From Amoebophrya sp. A120 (taxonomy: Eukaryota > Protista > Dinoflagellata), in NCBI GenBank assembly GCA_905178155.1, contig CAJINV010000011.1, positions 2,178,025 to 2,242,024 of the forward strand: 64,000 nt of DNA, in the 5' to 3' direction. The position numbers and the translations under genes are program-made. The notes beneath the pieces were generated by a model that was given only the letters and a program-made list of their open reading frames with translations, was not told the DNA's origin and made no database searches. This document shows positions 35,261 through 45,384 of this stretch, piece by piece; positions within the stretch are counted from its first letter, which is position 1; each line of letters opens with the position of its first letter.

Positions 35261-36506
35261 AATTACGGCGGTGTGCGAAGGAACAGCAACATCTGGGTGG
35301 ATGATCGACTTGTAGTTGTTATTTCGATTCTCTATACAAGTTGTTGCTTGGGTTACCGTTACGGTTGCCACCTGCAGCTCAACATCTACCAGGAGAAAAG
35401 CTGGAGAAAAGTTATATTAAACCGTGTAAACAAATCCCGCCCAGCACATTGACATGCTGATGCGAAATCCACTGGGACGAGTGGTCTGAAGATGTCGTGT
35501 ATGAAAGCACTTTTTATTACTTCTGAATCGCGCAGACAAATGAGAATGACGAACTGACTGTTGTCAAACGACAGCCGCGTCATAATCTTGATCTTCACAC
35601 ATAAAGAGTGTCTGGTCTCTTACTCTAAGAAGGAACATAATCGAGACCACAGAACCTGCAGTTTCTTTCAGCTCTTCGGATTATCTACGCCTCATAGCAA
35701 CGCTAGCGCACTTTAGCAGCTTTATCAAATTTTTGGCACGTATAGGATGTTGCCCGGTTCATCTTCGCATCTCATTTTGTTTGGGAAAATGTAGCTCCAC
35801 CTCACCCAGGGACGTTGTTCGACCTGTGTCTCCTTCTTGCATAGGCTTTGCCATTCGAAAAGTCGTCTCTCGAAGCCCGCAAAGAGTTTCGTCGTTAATG
35901 AAAAGCTGATCTCGATGGGTGGTAATTATATCGTTCCTCTTCCGTGGCCGTGGGAGATCGAAGTGATCTTCGTGGGGATTGCGATTGCAAGACAGGTATA
36001 ATAATTTCGTCTTGTCAAGGAAATCGAAAATCAAACTTGCTTCTGCGAAGTCCTGAAATTTTTCGGTACAACCTCTACGTCTGCCTCCTCGTTTCACCGT
36101 TTCGAACAAAATCGTTTTCATAAGATTCCTCTAGAGCAAGAAGAGAGCATGGAGGTGCAATGATGGAGTATTTTTACTTGACGCCTATCGCAGCATCGTT
36201 TTTTTGAAACGACGAGGACACTATCGAAGGGGAATGATCGCATGTATTTGAAGATATCGGGAACTTCTTGACTTTCACACTGTATCTACTGTTTTGGATA
36301 TTTTTAACTACGTCTGATTTTCACTATCTGGGCGGGTTTGTTGTAGAAGTGATCGCTAAAAATTACCTTGACTTCTCGGAGGTAAAATAGAAGCAGCTTG
36401 ATATTGCATTTAGCAACTTCACAAAGAACAAGTTGCTTCTGTTGTATTATTCGTAGCTGGTACAACATATTTCACGAAAGGAACGTACAGATAAGCCACC
36501 ATTACT

Positions 36507-38148
36507 ATGCCGGAATCCAGCAGTTCTTCCAGTACGCGTCCGCTGGACAAGTCCGAGTCGCAGCCAGCTCTGGTGGTGACGAAGGATTTTTCCACGAACC
36601 CAAACTACTGGAATAAGTACGTCACCCCCTACGTGGCAGACAGGACAGAGGAGTACGCTTTCAACCCGCTGCACGTCCCGGAAAAGGACAACTTCGATCT
36701 AAAATGGCGGTTTGTCAACAAGGGCCCGTACATGATGAAAAAATACGGAAGATTTCCACGACCAGAGAAGGAAAGAACCATTGGCGACATAAGGGAAGAA
36801 GTGGGGCGGATTGAGGAGCAGAAGGCCATGGTATATAGTGAAAAAAGTACTTATTTTTATTTCGCGTGCGTGCATATTAAAGTGCATGTGATGTTCTACT
36901 TCAGCCCTGCTCATGCGCGTACTAGTAGTTCTTCACACATTTCTATGTCGTTTCAAAAAATCAAAAACAGCAACCACTAGTATCACCAAAGTCCCGTGCG
37001 GTCTTCTCACCTCGTGGCGGGGAATCCAGGACGACATCCCCTGGGGGAACGAAAAAAGCCTCGAACTACGAAAACCAAAAGCCCGGGCCGGAAATTTTCA
37101 GGGAAAAGGGGGATTACCAGGGATTGAAAAATATCGACAACTTCGAATTGGCGCAAATGAAGTTGAAGGAAGGTAGAGCAGACAAATTTTTACAGGACTG
37201 GTCACTACTCATGGTGCTGCGTGTAGTTTTTTCTGTAGTACCTTGTTGTTCAGGATAAGAATTGATCTCTCCATTTCCATGTGACCCGATTGATGACTGT
37301 GTCGTGTACTATAATTTCGAAAACTACATTCTATCAGATACGATGTACGTGCCACCCGGGAGTAAGTATCAAGCCCCGCACCCGATGTCAAACACGCGAA
37401 AACACTTCCATGACGACGCGACGGTAGATATGAAGAAGGTGATGGCGTTAAGGAAACTCGGTGGGGCAGTCATTCCAACAAGCAAGAGCTTGACCAATGT
37501 ATAGGAATTTCTCATGAATGTAGGTCTAGTCGCAGCTTTGACAACGTGAGATTTATGGTCGCGTCTGTATCACACAATCCGATCTTTGTAAAATGCAATG
37601 AATTATGCGCGAACCAACCAATATATAGAAAAACAAAAACGACACCAGCTCCCGCTTGCGACCGACAAGGCTGCCACGGAATTTGGCAGTGTCAAGCAGC
37701 TGCACAAATGCAGAAGTACTGATGTGTTTTTTTTTGTTTCATTCATCCTGATTCATCTGAGTAGATAGCGCTGCATCATGCAACGAGATGTGATGTATGT
37801 ATGACTATGATTTCGAAACCGCAAAGACAAATATAAAAAAAATCAGATAAGCACATGCGATCGATCCACAACCCCTGCGAGCGATTCTCCGGGAAAATGA
37901 TGTTGGGCTCACAAGCGGTCGGTTGGGCGCAGGATGATGACAGGTGCGCGAGGGCGGTGCACTACAAGGGCCCAACGCACGGGATCACTGACTCGTTTGT
38001 CACACAGTACAATTTTGGATGCTTGTTTCTGTTTGCTTTTCGCATGGCAACAAATTCAAATATGAGAATCAATGCGCATGCTGCACAAAAAAAAATGGCA
38101 AACATCTTCAGTACTGTGAAAGAACATGAAAAACTATCAACTTGTTGA
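36507..38148 (+). CDS. Hypothetical multi-exon protein, possibly a flagellar microtubule-inner-protein type
   Basis: Exons ~36507-36830, 36971-37172, ~37339-37438 and ~37847 onward, with GT-AG introns. PCERF...SQAVGW resembles the PxEKY...SQEIGW motif of FAM183-like axonemal proteins. 3' end uncertain. Confidence 0.45.
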
Positions 38149-38449
38149 AAAAGGTACTATCACAACATGAGGATGACAAACATGGAGGCGATTCTGCGCT
38201 ACGAGGGCTAGGAGCAAGACGGAGACACTCTTTCGAGTGGGGAAGTTTTCTTTCTCCCTGGTATCTTCTATCAGCTGGTGCTGTGTATGATTTATTGACT
38301 GGTAAAAGAAACACGAAAACGAAGCCATTATCATCAAAAATGCAGCTATTACGTGTACCAAAACGGATGCAGGCTCAGTTATTTTCAGATTTTTAGCAAC
38401 AGGTGACACGACAATACGAAACGCGATTTTTAGCAGGTTTATCATTTCG

Positions 38450-38892
38450 ATTTTTAGCATCAATAGATTCGCAATAGATTCGAAACGCGAGATAGCTCAG
38501 CAGGACGAGTGCAAGATTTTTAGCAGGTTGACGCGCTTGAGATAGCGGTAACGAAAATGTGCTTGTCTTTATGCAAGATGAGTTTCGAGTTCACGGATAG
38601 CGGAAGTTGTGGAAGGTTGTGAGATAACATCCAGTGCGGATGTGGCTGCGCAGGCTGTTCGAATGATTATCCGAAACAAGTGACTCCCAGATGATCCGTG
38701 GATCAACACGCAAGAAAACTTTTTTTTGGAATCTGATCTCAATTTCTTTTCCCTCGTCCTCTTTTTTGTTATCGCTTTCGCTTTCCAAGGATGCAACGTC
38801 TTTGCATGCAAATATACTTACACCGTAGAAACCTCCTACCGCACAAACGAAATGCATTTCGACGTTCGAAAAAACCTTAAAGTACTCGAGCT
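38450..38892 (+). repeat. Intergenic ~450-bp repeat, copy 1
   Basis: Shares gatccgtggatcaacacgc, acgaaatgcatttcgac and other blocks colinearly with 40240-40732. Confidence 0.8.
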
Positions 38893-39173
38893 GTAGAAAG
38901 ATTGATAAAGGGGCGGGAGCGAATAATTGGAGCGGTTGTTTGCGTCGAGATAAGTATAAATATCACATTCGTTTTGAGAGAATATTTTCTTCTTCACCGC
39001 AAAGTGGCACGCATCGACTGACATCAAAGGGGAAAGGAAGTTTCGTAATCCCCTAGAGCGAGGTGGAATTTTTTTTTTTAAGCTGTAGCGATTCTTCGGT
39101 CGCCCTCCTCGCGGGAACACTTCTTACCTTTCGACGAAGTTGTAGTTTACGCGCTCAGCACGTAGAAACTACA

Positions 39174-40166
39174 ATGGCGGACACGACGCTAGTGACCCCT
39201 GCTCCAACCGTCGTCGCCATCGTTGGTGCCTCCGGCGGTGTCGGCTGCAAGGTGGTGGAGTGTGCGCTCGCGCAGGGCTTTGTTGTGAAGGTGCTGGTGC
39301 GCAACGCCGAGAAACTGGCGAAGAAGATCGGGCAGGAGAACGTCGACAAGCTCGACAAAATCGTCCTGGGCAGTGTGGACGACGAGGCCGCGCTCAAGCA
39401 GCTGCTCGAAAACGCGTCCGTGGTGGTCTCCTGCCTCGGCATATCAAATGTAAAAATGTCTGGGTCTGGAAGGTTGCAACTTGTGATGCTGTCTTTGAAA
39501 GGTAAAAAAATCTGTATTGCATGACCAGCAAGAGGAGTTCAGTTTGTGCTACGCGGAGTGCGCGTTTCTCATGCGGAATACGCATCAGAAGGCCCTTTAA
39601 AAGTCTGTGATGCTCGGCCAGGCATTACAGGCATCATGGGTTATGCAAAATTTGCATGACAAACCTGGCAATCTTCCAGACCCAGACATTTTTACATTTG
39701 ATACGGCACCCCCCCGAAAGAAAAGCCGATCGTGGCGGCCGGTACGGCGAAGATCCTGAAGCAGATGGAAGAATGTAGCGTGAAAGACCTGGTGATGATT
39801 TCGTCTATTTGCGTCGGAGATTCGCTGCCGCAGGGGAAGAAGGTCGCGTGCTGCTTCGCGAACTGCATCCGACCACTGATTCTGTCCAAGGTGTTCGCAG
39901 ACCTCGAAATCGCGGAGAAAATGTGCTTCGAACAGCAGGGAAAACTCTCCATCGTCATCGTGCGGCCGCCGCACTTGACGGACAAACCGGGCACCGGGGG
40001 TTACCAGTGGACGGACGCGGCAGATTTTAACCCGGGGGCGCCGGCGGCGATTTCGCGGAGCGACGTGGCGCTGGCGATGGTGGATCTGTGCAGGGGGGAT
40101 AGCAAGTTTAAGGAGCTCGCGGGCACGGCGCCGAGCCTGTTTCCGGCGAAGAAGATGAAGGCGTGA
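39174..40166 (+). CDS. NAD(P)H-binding atypical SDR, flavin reductase/biliverdin reductase B-like (241 aa)
   Basis: VAIVGASGGVG Rossmann motif, VKVLVRN, VVVSCLG-T, LVMISS, IVRPPHLTD, ISRSDVA; removing one introner gives 726 nt. Confidence 0.9.
39442..39703. mobile_element. Introner/MITE family A (262 bp)
   Basis: Near-perfect ~31-bp TIR tatcaaatgtaaaaatgtctgggtctggaag; DR CGGCA; removal gives SCLG-TPPKEK. Confidence 0.95.
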
Positions 40167-40239
40167 GATTTTTTAATAGCAGGAGTTCTAGCTACTATCT
40201 TCTTCATTTTTTCATCAATTTTTGGCATCAATTTTTCAA

Positions 40240-40732
40240 TTTTTAGCACTAATAAGTTGTCGATTCGAATACTTAACCGCTAGATTGCTGAGCAGGAGTT
40301 CAAGATTTTGTAGCGGGTTTACGCGATTGAGATACTTAGTTGGAACGAAAATTTGCTGCATCTCATGCAAGATGTTGTTTCGGGTTCAAGTTCATGGATA
40401 CTTAAAACGGAATTGAAAAGTGGTGGGATAATATTGTCCTTCCAGTGTGGATATTACTGTGCAAGTTGTTCGAATTTTTTCTCCGAAAGTGAGTCTCAGA
40501 TCCGTGGATCAACACGCCATAGAACTTTTTTTTTGAATCTGGTCTCAATTTCTATTTCTTTTCCCTTGTTCTTTTTTCCGGCCTTCAGTTTCGCTCTTTT
40601 TCCTTCGTTCATTCGCATTCCAAGGTTGATGCAACAACGTGCTTGCATCCACGTAGCTACTAAGACCACCTACCATGCAGACGAAATGCATTTCGACATT
40701 CGAAAAACTCTCAAAGTAGAAGTACTCAGAGC
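40240..40732 (+). repeat. Intergenic ~490-bp repeat, copy 2
   Basis: Diverged direct copy of 38450-38892, ending just upstream of ATG 40736. Confidence 0.8.
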
Positions 40733-40735
40733 ACG

Positions 40736-43700
40736 ATGAAGCGCAGTCGGCTCCGTCGGTTTTGCGCGGGAGCAGCTCCGGCTGGGCCGGGACGGGTGGG
40801 GCAAAACGGTGGTCCTGGGTCCTCTAGTGGTAGCACCGCAAGAACTCCGGGTGAGCATGCTACGCCTGGCAGTCAGCATCGGACCCTCCTCGAGCAGATT
40901 GACGCCGTGTACCCGAGAAGCGCGCTGGTTAATTTCTTCCACACGAACAGAACACAGTTCTACCCCCGTGCTTTGCTGCACTGTCTGGACCGACTCGCCC
41001 CGGCGCTAGGTGCCGCGTGTAGTGGTCGTACACCAGCTTCTGGTGCGTCGAATAACAGTGCTGATGGAAAAAATGATCTCACATCTAACGGCGGTTCCTG
41101 TGATTCCACGGCACTCTTCGCTGCCATGGATTGGCAGCCGTTTAGAACAACATCAAGTAGAGATCCAAAAAGATTGGGAACAACAAAAGGCGCAGGGAAA
41201 AGGACCACAGGCAGACTAACTGACCAGAAGTACGCTTCGAAAGAACACCGGAAGATGTCTACGTTGCAGAAGGAGGCAGTCCCTCTCCTGATGGAGATTG
41301 TCCGGAAACTGGACCAATTTGCGCCCGCGGAATTATTGCAAGTCGTCTCCATCGCGCACCGGTTGAACGATTATGGCTTGTTGAAGGCGTTGGAATCCTT
41401 TCTCAAACCGCACATCTCCGGCTACACCGTCGCGCAAGTGGTGGAAGTGGCCAACGCGTTTGTCTCTTTGCAGGTCGGGACGCAGCCGTTCTTCGCGACG
41501 ATGGTGCATCGGTTGGCGAATCACGACTGGGGACTGGAGCAGAAGCCGACTTTAGTGTTGTACGTGCGGACGTTTTCCAACTCCGTGTACATGCCGAAGA
41601 AAGCGCTGGCGGGCGTGGTGCCGCACTTACTGCGGTGGGTCAAGAAGGACGGGGAGGTGCAGGCAATCATGTTCTGCAGTTCGAGAACATCAAATAAGGG
41701 ACGAAGTCGAACTGGAACCACCGGTCGTGCTAGCTTATCCGACGTGCAGAGAACATCAAATACGGATGCTACTACTTCCCTCCAAGCGAGCGCAAGCCAT
41801 AGAAACAAGTTAGACAGGAAAGTGGCAAGGCTTTTGAACGCAGAAACGGCGTCTTCGGGAGGCGGAGGCGGGGCCGAGGTATCGTATGCTGACGAAGAAT
41901 TCGAAATTCTGGACGACGCAATACCAGTACCGCAGCCGATGCAAGGAGAAGGACCAGGAACTCACCAGCATGTGCTTAGTACGGCGGCGAGCACGAACGC
42001 CGTCAGTGATGCTCTTGAAAAGAGCCCCGATTTACCACCAGAGAGCAGCGTTGCGGCCGAATCACCGAGCGGAGAATCCTACGCGCAAGAACGACGTCAC
42101 CACAGTAATACTGAACCTCCGAGCACATGCACATCCAGTGCTAGTGCAACGACAAAGAATGACGCCGCCGCTCTGAGTCTCTATCACGCCTCCTACGACT
42201 CTATCTGGCACCCGCAGGAGGTGCTGGAGATCGCGCGGAGCTTCGCACGGTGGCCGAACCCCTCGGAACGGGAGGCGGGAAGCAAGGTGATAAAGCAATT
42301 TTGCCAAGCGTACTTCCTGCACGAGTCCGCAGGTGCGGCGCGGCGCGAAAAGGTCCCGCTAAACCGGTTTGTGGATTTCCTTCTCGCGCTGCAAGAATGG
42401 GACAAGTCGGAAAACGCCAGCTGGAAGTGTCTGGAGAAGAGGATGCAGCTTCTTCGTGTGGTGGAAGACGAAAGATTGGTTCCGCATTTGAAGAGATTGT
42501 CGATGCACGTGGAGGCTCCTGCTGGAACTGATGTAGGAGAGCACGACCGGGTCAAACAAGAAGCACAGCTGCAGCACGAGGATTCTGCAATATGTGCAGG
42601 AAGGGATGAGGAAAGCGGGTCGAGCCCTGAAGTAGATAGCGGGGATCTTTCCAGCGCCGAAACGGACAAGCACTTGTCAGAAACTTGTGACACTGTTATT
42701 TCACCTACACATGAACAGTCACCAGCTGACTACTTCTACGTCTCTACTACATCATCGTCAGAATTTCATCAGCCTCTGCACGCATCATTTGGCGCAACAA
42801 CAGCCGCTGCGTCTTCTCCAATTGCGTTTCAAGACGAAGAAGGCTTGAAAGCGGCGGCTGCAAGAACCGGGACAAATCAAGTAAACAAATCCCCACTGCA
42901 TCATCAAGAACTCTGCGCCATCCCCTGTCCCTTCGACAGCACGCGGAATCTGCTCTGTACCGGCACGGTGGCTGGTATCTGCTACGTGTACGCGAAGCTT
43001 CAGATCCCCATGCGGGCCGAGATTCTGGAAAAGCTGCTCTTACCCCAGGCCCAGCTCCCCGTGCATTTAGTCCGGTTCTCGCCCAAGGAACTGGGGCAGA
43101 TCTCGCTCGGCCTGGCGCACATGGAGCACGCGGGCCGGGATGTCAATGCGGTGCGGAGGGTGGAAGCGAGCTTGGGGAACGTTTCTGGTTCTGGAGACGA
43201 CGTGCCGAGGACGCTGCAGTGTAAGGAGAAGGATCTACTTCGCAGGGTAGAAGGACAGCACGCACAGGAAACGCAAGTGGAAGAGGAAGATGAGGGAAGA
43301 ACCACGACCACCAGCAGGGCTACGCAAGTCGCCGCAGCAAATTCTTTTTCCTGCAGAGAAGCAGACGAAGGAGGAGGCGACAACACGAATAGAATCGCAG
43401 CACTCGGAACTACGTCAGGAAGCCAGGATGTCGACCTCAGCTGCGAAGAGGACGCGAGCAGCCTTCAGTCCACCATAGACCTCTTTGCGAAGCTCCGTTC
43501 TAAGCGAAAGGAACAAAAAGTTACGGTGCAGGAAGATGCTGCAGCTAGCAAAGGACCTGCGCAAAGGCAGGACGAGGAGGACCTACACATTGGCGACGCT
43601 TCAGCGGAAACAATAGACATGGAAAGTAACACTAATGGACGCTTTCCTGCTGCACGAACTTCCTTTTCCGACGAAGCTACTACAGAAGAATGTCACCCAA

Positions 43701-45082
43701 GCACCTACACGCTTTCCCCCGCTACCAGGAGCCAACTCCTCGACTTTTTCACCTCTCTCGAGCGCCGCGTAATCAAGACCATTGTGACCATCCGCAACGC
43801 GAAAGACCTGACTAACCTCCTCTACGCGTTCTCTTTCTACGGCGCCGGCGGGCCGGAGTTCTACTCTTTACTGCAAACGAAGCTGCATGGCAAGCTCCGC
43901 GAGTGCGACACGCACTCGCTGGCGAGAATTCTGTGGAGTTTCGGCAACGTGGGGAAGAAGACCGGCCTGCTGTCCAGTAAGTTCCTCGAGCAGTGGAAGC
44001 TGTGTGCGGCGGAGCGGCTGCACCAGTGGTGGCCGGGGCACCTCTGCGTCGCGTTGTGGGGCGCGGCGACTTTGGATTTGGAGCAGGACCCGTTTTTTCG
44101 GCGCGAACTGCTGAATTTACTGAACCCCGGGGGCCTGAGCCGCATGCGGGACAGCGGGTTTTTGTACCCGTTTCTGCGGGTGGCAAGTCAGGTGGGGGAG
44201 GCGGAAGGAACAGGAAGTGAAAAAAGTGCAAAAGATGGGGAAATAAAATACGAGGAGAATGATTCAAATAGAGGTACAACTACTTCAAGTACAACAAGAA
44301 CCTCTACCTGTACTACGCCCGCAGCAGACGACTGGCGGCGACCGGCGTTCCAACGGCCGCAGGGCTACGCGCTTTTCTCCGACAAAGAGGAGTACGAGCG
44401 TTACTGCACCTACGTGCGACCGAAATTCTGGACCATGCAGGCGAGAAAGCAGTGCATGACGCCGGGGTTTGATCTCTGGGCCCAGGACATTCGGTCAGTG
44501 TTGTTCTCGCTCGGTCAGGAACAGCTCGAAGAGGAAGTAGATCTAGATCCGAGTTCATCTGTAACACACGATCGAAATGAAGTCGGAAACAGCATCAATC
44601 TATCCTCGTCAGAGAGCGAAAAACATCAACTACCAGAGGCGACAGTATCGGAAATAACCAGCAGTTCTTCTAGTTCCACCGATTCTTGCGCGGAACGCGC
44701 CCCGCGCTCTCCCATCCACATGCTTCCCAGGTCAGGTCTGGAGTGGAGCGACGCGACGGGCGACACCCGCGTCCTGTTCGAGGAGCGAAAGGATTTGGAC
44801 GGATTTTTGGTTGACTTTTTCGTAACGGTGGTGCGGAACGCCCGCGTGGAAGACCCGCGAGACCGAGACGTTTCGTTTCACTGTCTCCTCTACCACAGCG
44901 CGGACTCTAGTTTGCATCGGGACACAAAAAGACCGCTCGGCGCGGCGCTGCTGCGACAACGGTTCCTGAAGAAAACGACGACCTGCAACGTGTTGAACAT
45001 ACTGGCAGACAATTGGGAAGTTGCGACGTGGGCGGAAAAGAGGACGCTGGTTTTGAGAAAGCTGGGGTTGATGGTGGTGTAA
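40736..45082 (+). CDS. RAP-domain helical-repeat RNA-binding protein (FASTK/OPR/HPR-like), 1448 aa, uninterrupted
   Basis: Helical repeats (FSPKELGQISLGLA, NAKDLTNLLYAFS, DTHSLARILWSFG, WPGHLCVALWGAA) and a C-terminal RAP-like segment (LDGFLVDFF...PLGAALLRQRFL...VLNILADNW); Arg-rich N-terminus. Confidence 0.8.
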   Translation: MKRSRLRRFCAGAAPAGPGRVGQNGGPGSSSGSTARTPGEHATPGSQHRTLLEQIDAVYPRSALVNFFHTNRTQFYPRALLHCLDRLAPALGAACSGRTPASGASNNSADGKNDLTSNGGSCDSTALFAAMDWQPFRTTSSRDPKRLGTTKGAGKRTTGRLTDQKYASKEHRKMSTLQKEAVPLLMEIVRKLDQFAPAELLQVVSIAHRLNDYGLLKALESFLKPHISGYTVAQVVEVANAFVSLQVGTQPFFATMVHRLANHDWGLEQKPTLVLYVRTFSNSVYMPKKALAGVVPHLLRWVKKDGEVQAIMFCSSRTSNKGRSRTGTTGRASLSDVQRTSNTDATTSLQASASHRNKLDRKVARLLNAETASSGGGGGAEVSYADEEFEILDDAIPVPQPMQGEGPGTHQHVLSTAASTNAVSDALEKSPDLPPESSVAAESPSGESYAQERRHHSNTEPPSTCTSSASATTKNDAAALSLYHASYDSIWHPQEVLEIARSFARWPNPSEREAGSKVIKQFCQAYFLHESAGAARREKVPLNRFVDFLLALQEWDKSENASWKCLEKRMQLLRVVEDERLVPHLKRLSMHVEAPAGTDVGEHDRVKQEAQLQHEDSAICAGRDEESGSSPEVDSGDLSSAETDKHLSETCDTVISPTHEQSPADYFYVSTTSSSEFHQPLHASFGATTAAASSPIAFQDEEGLKAAAARTGTNQVNKSPLHHQELCAIPCPFDSTRNLLCTGTVAGICYVYAKLQIPMRAEILEKLLLPQAQLPVHLVRFSPKELGQISLGLAHMEHAGRDVNAVRRVEASLGNVSGSGDDVPRTLQCKEKDLLRRVEGQHAQETQVEEEDEGRTTTTSRATQVAAANSFSCREADEGGGDNTNRIAALGTTSGSQDVDLSCEEDASSLQSTIDLFAKLRSKRKEQKVTVQEDAAASKGPAQRQDEEDLHIGDASAETIDMESNTNGRFPAARTSFSDEATTEECHPSTYTLSPATRSQLLDFFTSLERRVIKTIVTIRNAKDLTNLLYAFSFYGAGGPEFYSLLQTKLHGKLRECDTHSLARILWSFGNVGKKTGLLSSKFLEQWKLCAAERLHQWWPGHLCVALWGAATLDLEQDPFFRRELLNLLNPGGLSRMRDSGFLYPFLRVASQVGEAEGTGSEKSAKDGEIKYEENDSNRGTTTSSTTRTSTCTTPAADDWRRPAFQRPQGYALFSDKEEYERYCTYVRPKFWTMQARKQCMTPGFDLWAQDIRSVLFSLGQEQLEEEVDLDPSSSVTHDRNEVGNSINLSSSESEKHQLPEATVSEITSSSSSSTDSCAERAPRSPIHMLPRSGLEWSDATGDTRVLFEERKDLDGFLVDFFVTVVRNARVEDPRDRDVSFHCLLYHSADSSLHRDTKRPLGAALLRQRFLKKTTTCNVLNILADNWEVATWAEKRTLVLRKLGLMVV

Positions 45083-45384
45083 AGCTAAAGAGCAGATCAA
45101 AAAATACTACACCACAGCCGAGCCTTCATATCTAATGATGTGGCCTACCAAATATATGATCATATTGAAAATGGTCAGCATGGTGGGTTTGATAAATACG
45201 CATGATGTAAGTTGTACTGACTGTTTGTTTCATCTGTATAATCGAAGTGATTATTGTTTGATCCGGTTTCGGCTCTCCTCGGTTGATGGTTGACCGGCAC
45301 ATGTGTTTTGTTCTATTCTTCTAGGTTTTCATGACTGTGGGTTTCCGCCGCTGAAGAAATGCCGCTGTCACGGCTGTGGGCCCT

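Noticed and set aside
9141-39703. Recurring peptides in the ORF track (KMSGSGR, QTQTFLH, KNVWVWK, KNVPTP, KIPPPH) as a repeated protein domain
   Set aside because: They are translations of the TIRs in various frames and strands; frames across the elements are not conserved.
2499-39703. Elements as ordinary GT-AG introns with slid boundaries
   Set aside because: In the junctions examined, shifting within the 5-bp DR gives at most GT or AG, not both; only the decayed 21539 copy has a nearby in-frame GT-AG option.
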